A stretch of DNA of 20,000 nt, taken from the IMG/VR virus record IMGVR_UViG_3300024520_000070, one strand, 5' to 3'. Every line of letters starts with the position of its first letter. Positions within the stretch are counted from its first letter, which is position 1. Below the pieces are notes generated by a model. That model was not told the origin of the DNA and did not search any database. It worked only from the letters and a program-made list of their open reading frames with translations. Source of the DNA: an uncultured virus (IMG/VR IMGVR_UViG_3300024520_000070) (Duplodnaviria; Heunggongvirae; Uroviricota; Caudoviricetes). A program made the position numbers and the translations under genes. Shown one piece after another: positions 14,839-20,000 of the stretch.

Positions 14839-14841
14839 CTA

Positions 14842-14883
14842 TTGACATTTATTATGGGATATGATACTATTATCCCATAATAA
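14842..14883 (+). promoter_or_regulatory. Sigma70 promoter with 13-bp inverted-repeat operator
   Basis: TTGACA-N17-TACTAT (TGn extended -10); TTATTATGGGATA-N9-TATCCCATAATAA flanks the -10. Confidence 0.8.
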
Positions 14884-14906
14884 CAAACTAACAAAAAGGA
14901 CGAAAT

Positions 14907-15110
14907 ATGGAAAAAACAATACTAGTAGTTAGACGTTGCAAATACTCTAACTTGGCACCAAGATACGACATCGAGAAAGTTGCGCAAAGTTTAGAGGAAG
15001 CAACAAGATATAAAGTTGCTCTTGAAACTTTAAATGCAAGTAAAGAAGTAAGTTACATTCTATACAATGAGTTAGGACAAATAGAATACAACGTAAGAGA
15101 GGTTGCATGA
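14907..15110 (+). CDS. Hypothetical protein
   Basis: 67 aa; AAAGGA RBS; ATGA coupling to next gene. Confidence 0.72.
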   Translation: MEKTILVVRRCKYSNLAPRYDIEKVAQSLEEATRYKVALETLNASKEVSYILYNELGQIEYNVREVA

Positions 15111-15301
15111 TAAACGGCAAATCTTTTATTATTAGTTATTTTTCAGCAAGCGATAAAAAGCACATAACAAGAAATGCGCTTTGGAATGACCAATGTAAAT
15201 ATTGGACATCTAAAGCTGGCAGATTACTTTGTACTTATTTTGATATCGACGCGAATGATTATAGATGTGCGAGAGATAGTTGGAAGATAAAAAGTGAGTA
15301 A
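15107..15301 (+). CDS. Small protein, possibly WYL_2/DUF2693-like SH3 barrel
   Basis: FIISY...ITR...TYFDIDANDYR pattern; GAGG RBS. Confidence 0.6.
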   Translation: MINGKSFIISYFSASDKKHITRNALWNDQCKYWTSKAGRLLCTYFDIDANDYRCARDSWKIKSE

Positions 15302-15665
15302 GCTTTGTCAAGGTCCGTCGTGTCATATGTACGACACGACCGACAGGAAACGTGGACCAAAAGGAAACAAAAGAAATGTAACTCGTAATGTTGGAACTTA
15401 CAATTATGGCAATGGAAACTTTTGTACTTTAAGTTGTTACAATGATTGGGCAAAAGAAAACATGGACCAGGCAATAGATTACTTTGGTAGATTAAGAGAA
15501 CGTAAAGCAATGACACCTGAGAACTCTTGGATTAAACGTGAGAGATATAGTTGGGAAGAAGATAGACACACATCAACTTATTACTTTCGTAATGTATGTA
15601 CCAACGAGGAACGAGATATAACAGAACAACAATACAATGACGAGGAGTACACATTGAATACATAA
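15294..15665 (+). CDS. Hypothetical protein with putative Zn-binding Cys pairs
   Basis: CQGPSC ... FCTLSC; 123 aa. Confidence 0.72.
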   Translation: MSKLCQGPSCHMYDTTDRKRGPKGNKRNVTRNVGTYNYGNGNFCTLSCYNDWAKENMDQAIDYFGRLRERKAMTPENSWIKRERYSWEEDRHTSTYYFRNVCTNEERDITEQQYNDEEYTLNT

Positions 15666-15680
15666 CAGTTCGTCCAACCA

Positions 15681-15709
15681 TGAAGCGTGGCGCCATGCGC
15701 CACGCTTCA
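15681..15709. repeat. 13-bp perfect GC-rich hairpin (possible terminator or cruciform)
   Basis: TGAAGCGTGGCGC-CAT-GCGCCACGCTTCA, 15 nt after a stop; no U-tract. Confidence 0.7.
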
Positions 15710-16022
15710 AGATACCACGCGTAGTGTGTCAAGTAATATCATGGGATATTATAGGAGCATATTGTCGCAGGCCATGCAGTTTATGCATCAATCATAGGTT
15801 GAATTTTTTGCACCCCCAAAATTTTTCGCGCCCGCCTAAATTTTTTCCATAGAGGTACCAAGTCAATCCAGGAATTTGAAACGTCCATAATGGGTTTTTC
15901 CCCCCTTTAAAAAAGGGGTCCCAAAGTTTTGACTTTAGACCTTGATTCATACGTTTAAAGCGTTAAAATACTTAATAAGTTCCCAAAAAATTCTGCAAAA
16001 AATTTTGTGGATAAATTTTGCT

Positions 16023-17501
16023 ATGATAGAGAGAGAAAAACTAAAGAATTTTGAAAAACTACCTGAGGATGTAAGAAGACAGTTTTCTCTTTACATGAAT
16101 CAGTGGAAAGACAAGAAAAAGGGCATAAAGGTTAAATCTGACTTCCTAAGCTTCGTAAAGCATGTCTGGCCTGAATTTATAGAGGGATCCCATCACAAAA
16201 AGATTGCTAATAAATTTAATGATCTGGCCGAGGGAAAAATCAAGAGACTCATCATCAATATGCCTCCTAGGCATACTAAATCTGAATTTGCTTCTTTTCT
16301 TTTACCTGCATGGATGGTTGGAAAGAATCCTAAATTAAAAATAATACAATCTACGAATACCACTGAGCTTTCAGTTAGGTTTGGTCGTAAGGCTAAACAA
16401 CTGATTGATTCGGAAGAATATCAGCAATTTTTTAAAACTAGACTCAAAGAAGATTCTCAAGCTGCGGGGAAATGGGAAACCCAACAAGGTGGAGAATATT
16501 ATGCTGCCGGTGTTGGTTCTGCCATCACTGGAAGGGGTGCAGACTTATTAATCATTGATGATCCCCATACTGAGCAAGATGCAATGAATGCACAAGCTTT
16601 GGATAGAACTTATGAGTGGTATACATCAGGACCTAGACAACGTCTTCAACCTGGCGGCTCAATTGTTGTGGTAATGACTAGATGGAATGAAAAAGACTTA
16701 ACTGGTCGTTTAATTGGATCTCAAAAAGAACCTAGAGCGGATAAATGGGAAATAATAGAGTTCCCTGCAATTCTACCCTCAGGTAAACCTGTTTGGCCTG
16801 AATATTGGAGTCTAAAAGATTTAAATGGGGTTAAAGCCTCTATTCCTGGAAGTAAATGGAATGCACAATACATGCAGAACCCAACTTCTGAAGAAGGAGC
16901 CTTAATTAAAAGGGAATGGTGGAAAGATTGGGAAGATGAAGAGTTGCCGCCCCTACAACACGTCATACAATCTTATGATACAGCTTTTATGAAAAAAGAA
17001 ACAGCGGATTTTAGTGCAATTACCACTTGGGGAGTTTTTACTCCAAACGAAGATAGCGCCCCTGAATTAATTTTAGTAGATGCATTAAAAGGAAGGTTCG
17101 AGTTTCCTGAGCTCAGAAGAATTGCTCTGGAGCAATACGGTTACTGGAATCCTGAGACCGTTATAGTCGAGGCTAAGGCTTCAGGACTCCCACTAACATA
17201 TGAGTTGCGTAAAATGGGAATACCTGTTATAAATTTCACACCTAGTAAAGGAAACGATAAACATACTAGAGTGAACTCGGTATCACCTCTGTTTGAGAGT
17301 GGCCGAATATGGGCGCCCAAAGAAATGGAGTTTGCTCAGGACGTAATAGAAGAATGTGCAGCGTTTCCGTACGGGGATCATGATGACTTGGTCGATAGTA
17401 TGACACAAGCCGTAATGCGATTTAGACAGGGCGGGTTAATCAGCCACCCAGAAGACTACAAAGAAGAAAAAGTAGTCAAGACGCAAAGGACTTATTATTA
17501 A
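16023..17501 (+). CDS. terL: Terminase large subunit
   Basis: Walker A-like NMPPRHTKS, Walker B LIIDDP, VVMTRW, nuclease SYDTA, IVEAKASG, HDDLVDS; ATG 16023 more likely than TTG 15942. Confidence 0.96.
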   Translation: MIEREKLKNFEKLPEDVRRQFSLYMNQWKDKKKGIKVKSDFLSFVKHVWPEFIEGSHHKKIANKFNDLAEGKIKRLIINMPPRHTKSEFASFLLPAWMVGKNPKLKIIQSTNTTELSVRFGRKAKQLIDSEEYQQFFKTRLKEDSQAAGKWETQQGGEYYAAGVGSAITGRGADLLIIDDPHTEQDAMNAQALDRTYEWYTSGPRQRLQPGGSIVVVMTRWNEKDLTGRLIGSQKEPRADKWEIIEFPAILPSGKPVWPEYWSLKDLNGVKASIPGSKWNAQYMQNPTSEEGALIKREWWKDWEDEELPPLQHVIQSYDTAFMKKETADFSAITTWGVFTPNEDSAPELILVDALKGRFEFPELRRIALEQYGYWNPETVIVEAKASGLPLTYELRKMGIPVINFTPSKGNDKHTRVNSVSPLFESGRIWAPKEMEFAQDVIEECAAFPYGDHDDLVDSMTQAVMRFRQGGLISHPEDYKEEKVVKTQRTYY

Positions 17502-17992
17502 TGAAACCGTATAACTGGAAACAAGATTATGATTGGACGGATCCAGATGATTATCCGGTGGAAGACGACAAAATGTTTGATATACAAAGTGAGGAGGAAT
17601 TAATGTTACCACATGAAATAAAAGCCCCTGGAGGCATTGGGTCTTTAGACAAGAGACAGGCTTCAGGAATCAATCCTGATATAAATATTGAAGTAGTTGT
17701 AGAAGAATTTGTTAGAAGAAAAGGTCGTAAACCACGATCTCTCGAAGAGATTAAAGAATTTTATTTTAAAGAAATGGCGGGCGGTGCAGGTGGTTCAGGT
17801 GAACCTCAAAGAGTTGCTTATGAGCCAGGAAACTATGATCCTATCATGGTCGAAGAGTATGAGAGATATAAATTCGACATGAACGAACAAAAACCTGGTT
17901 TCCCTGTAATGGAAATTGATGAATTTATTCAAATGCAGCAAGAGCCTAAAATGGGTGCAGCTGGAGGATTATCAGGCCTATTAGGAGTTTAA
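17501..17992 (+). CDS. Acidic hypothetical protein with GG motifs
   Basis: 163 aa; TAATG coupling to terL; KAPGGIGSL and AAGGLSGLL. Confidence 0.75.
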   Translation: MKPYNWKQDYDWTDPDDYPVEDDKMFDIQSEEELMLPHEIKAPGGIGSLDKRQASGINPDINIEVVVEEFVRRKGRKPRSLEEIKEFYFKEMAGGAGGSGEPQRVAYEPGNYDPIMVEEYERYKFDMNEQKPGFPVMEIDEFIQMQQEPKMGAAGGLSGLLGV

Positions 17993-19888
17993 GTGAAGCT
18001 GCATCATTACAATCAAATGATGGCGCATCTTACGCAACGCCAAAAGTTTTCAAAGGGTGGAGACGCAACAATTCTTCCCCAACCAAATCCATTATCACCA
18101 ACAGAACGAAATCAAAAAGTATTTTATGACTATGTAGGTAGAATGAAACACTACTTAACTGGTGCTGAGATGCCTGAATGGTTTGTTAAAGATTTAATTT
18201 TAAAGAAAGCAGAAGAACTAGGAGTAGAATTAAAAGCTGCCGGGGGTAGAACTGGTTTTAATAGAGCTGGAATGGCTATAGCAAGTAATCCTTTATTTAG
18301 AGGAACAACAGGTCCTAACCAAATTTTAAAAGCTCCTAGAGGTAAAACTGGGATGGCAGACATTTTAAAACATGAAGGAGCAGCAACTCTAGCTTTAGGA
18401 ATTAATCAATTAAATAAACCTGACGATGACGGTACAAGAGAAATTATTCAACACGAGGGAGGAGGTCCTCCCCCTTTAGTAGAACCACCTCAAGATCCGG
18501 ATGAATCTGAATTAGTTAAAAGAACAGTAGAAGAAGTTATTAAAGATCGGATTCAAAAGAATGCTCCAAAACATAAAGAACAGGCTAGTGATGAATATTT
18601 AAATGCATTTAGGGAGTTGGTTGATTTTCATGAGGGAAGTGTAGCAAAAGCCATAAGATCATCCGGGCTTGATAGAGAATATATAAGAGCAAAATTTTAT
18701 CAGCGGGATCAAGAAATCAAAGGAACGGGAGGACAAATAACTGAAACAATTGAGCCTTTAGAAATTACAAAAATATTCAAAGACTATACAAATGATATCA
18801 ATAAAGATTCTTCGATTATCGATACAATTTATAACGAAGCTCTTGAAACAGGAAGAATTAAAAAAGAAGAAAAATATTACAACATTAAAGATGTAGCTAA
18901 TATTATAGGGATGGATATTTCTAAGAAAGGACCCAAAAATCAACTTTTAGATTTACTAATGGAAAACGTGAGAAAAACAGATGAAGGTCGTTCCCTAGCA
19001 AAAAAATATCATATTGATGATGTGGTAAACAAAGTAAAAGAATGGAGCAGCGACAAACAGATAGTGGGGGGAGAGCCTTCTACAAGTAAAAGATATAAAT
19101 TTGAGCAAACAAAGGATGCTCCTTTAAGTAAAGAACTTACCACGATTAAAACACGAATCGCAGACCTAACTAAAGCAGAAGGAACTTATGATAAAGATCT
19201 GGAGCAAATAGAACATGCCGGTCACCTTGAATCTCTAAGAACTGAAGAGAGATACCAAGACCTATTCAAAAATCTAAATACAATCCAAGATATGATTTTT
19301 CAAGATGGCTTTGTAAATAAAGACATTATTCAAAACAAAGGCCATGCAGGGGACATGGAATCTATCTATAAAGAACTAGATGCATTAAGGGGGCAAAAAA
19401 ATATTAATAAGGAATTAATTAAAATCCAAGAGAAAATAGATGCCAGACTTAAAAAAACTCAAAAACAAATTAGGGATCATAAAGAATACACCATAGGAAA
19501 AAACCAAGATAAAAGAATTGCCCGAATTAAAATAAATCTTCCTAAAAAAGGGGAAGCATTCACGGGTAATAATATTGTAGCTGATCTTTCAAAAGTGGAT
19601 AAAAGATGGATTATGGGGAATGTAGATCTTATTAATTCTAAGGCTAAAAAATTTGATGATTTAAATGACAACCAAAAAGAAATATATCGAGCAAATTTAA
19701 ATGATCAGTACTTAAAAATGATAGGAAAAATCTACAAAGAAGTTGGTTACGGAAAAGGGGAAATAGAAGATATTAAAGAAACAATTAGTGAAGGCACACA
19801 TTCTAAAAAAGGAGTCTTAGAAAAAGCACAGGGAGGACCAGTATATGGCAAATATGCCGACCAAATCAAAAACCTCAAAATATCCTAA
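17993..19888 (+). CDS. Large hypothetical protein between terL and portal (possible virion protein)
   Basis: 631 aa; TAGGAG RBS with GTG start; FSKGG, AAGGRTGF and AQGGP motifs. Confidence 0.8.
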   Translation: MKLHHYNQMMAHLTQRQKFSKGGDATILPQPNPLSPTERNQKVFYDYVGRMKHYLTGAEMPEWFVKDLILKKAEELGVELKAAGGRTGFNRAGMAIASNPLFRGTTGPNQILKAPRGKTGMADILKHEGAATLALGINQLNKPDDDGTREIIQHEGGGPPPLVEPPQDPDESELVKRTVEEVIKDRIQKNAPKHKEQASDEYLNAFRELVDFHEGSVAKAIRSSGLDREYIRAKFYQRDQEIKGTGGQITETIEPLEITKIFKDYTNDINKDSSIIDTIYNEALETGRIKKEEKYYNIKDVANIIGMDISKKGPKNQLLDLLMENVRKTDEGRSLAKKYHIDDVVNKVKEWSSDKQIVGGEPSTSKRYKFEQTKDAPLSKELTTIKTRIADLTKAEGTYDKDLEQIEHAGHLESLRTEERYQDLFKNLNTIQDMIFQDGFVNKDIIQNKGHAGDMESIYKELDALRGQKNINKELIKIQEKIDARLKKTQKQIRDHKEYTIGKNQDKRIARIKINLPKKGEAFTGNNIVADLSKVDKRWIMGNVDLINSKAKKFDDLNDNQKEIYRANLNDQYLKMIGKIYKEVGYGKGEIEDIKETISEGTHSKKGVLEKAQGGPVYGKYADQIKNLKIS

Positions 19889-20000
19889 GACCTGGCTCCT
19901 GCCGCCTGAAGCAGGGCCCATGCCTCAGGGCTTGAATATTAATTATAATACTGTTAAAACAGTCAAATTGGAGAAAATAAATGGCAGACAAAATAGACAA
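19854..20000 (+). CDS. Possible small protein with PPxxGPxPQGL motif (runs off window)
   Basis: MPTKSKTSKYPKTWLLPPEAGPMPQGLNINYNTVKTVKLEKINGRQNRQ... open to the window end. Confidence 0.4.
   Translation, partial: MPTKSKTSKYPKTWLLPPEAGPMPQGLNINYNTVKTVKLEKINGRQNRQ
19981..20000 (+). CDS. Start of next gene, probably portal protein (truncated)
   Basis: GGAGA RBS then MADKID; only 6 full codons visible; portal identity inferred from position after terL. Confidence 0.4.

Noticed and set aside
15704..15732. Minus-strand promoter from TTGACA at 15727-15732
   Set aside because: No acceptable -10 hexamer at 16-18 bp spacing.
15754..15769. RegA/PrrA binding site (TGTCGCA)
   Set aside because: Only one good half-site and a single occurrence.
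14048..19671. Track ORFs 14048-14344, 15259-15516, 15532-15732, 16721-16966, 18151-18363, 18758-18943, 19477-19671
   Set aside because: Antisense shadows of plus-strand genes.

Overview
A 20-kb AT-rich segment of a tailed dsDNA phage. Its gene content and order resemble marine SAR11 (Pelagibacter) podoviruses of the PolA-encoding HTVC023P-like type; this assignment is inferred from recognition, not from a search. Left to right: a replication module (SF1 helicase C-terminus, DUF3310, Leu762-type PolA), a SAM methyltransferase, and a lysis-like cluster (small membrane and lipoproteins, a +1-frameshifted TM/coiled-coil gene, an M15 peptidase endolysin). Next come a ribbon-helix-helix regulator operon (second methyltransferase, LAGLIDADG protein, PD-(D/E)XK exonuclease), an iteron-like intergenic region, reverse-strand terminase small subunit and 2OG-Fe(II) oxygenase, a resolvase-like nuclease and a GP88-like protein. 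A divergent early/control region, the terminase large subunit, two GG-motif proteins and the start of a probable portal gene follow. The most striking unexplained feature is a ~350-nt non-coding stretch (13284-13627) behind a minus-strand TATAAT. Read as minus-strand RNA, it folds into a 5' H-type pseudoknot followed by four end-to-end stem-closed modules, suggesting an undescribed phage structured-RNA cassette. Several recurring DNA motifs (TRGGA, GCC-N8-GCC, CAAYY-N3-GGTTG, 7-bp GCTTGNN repeats) outline a compact regulatory circuit.
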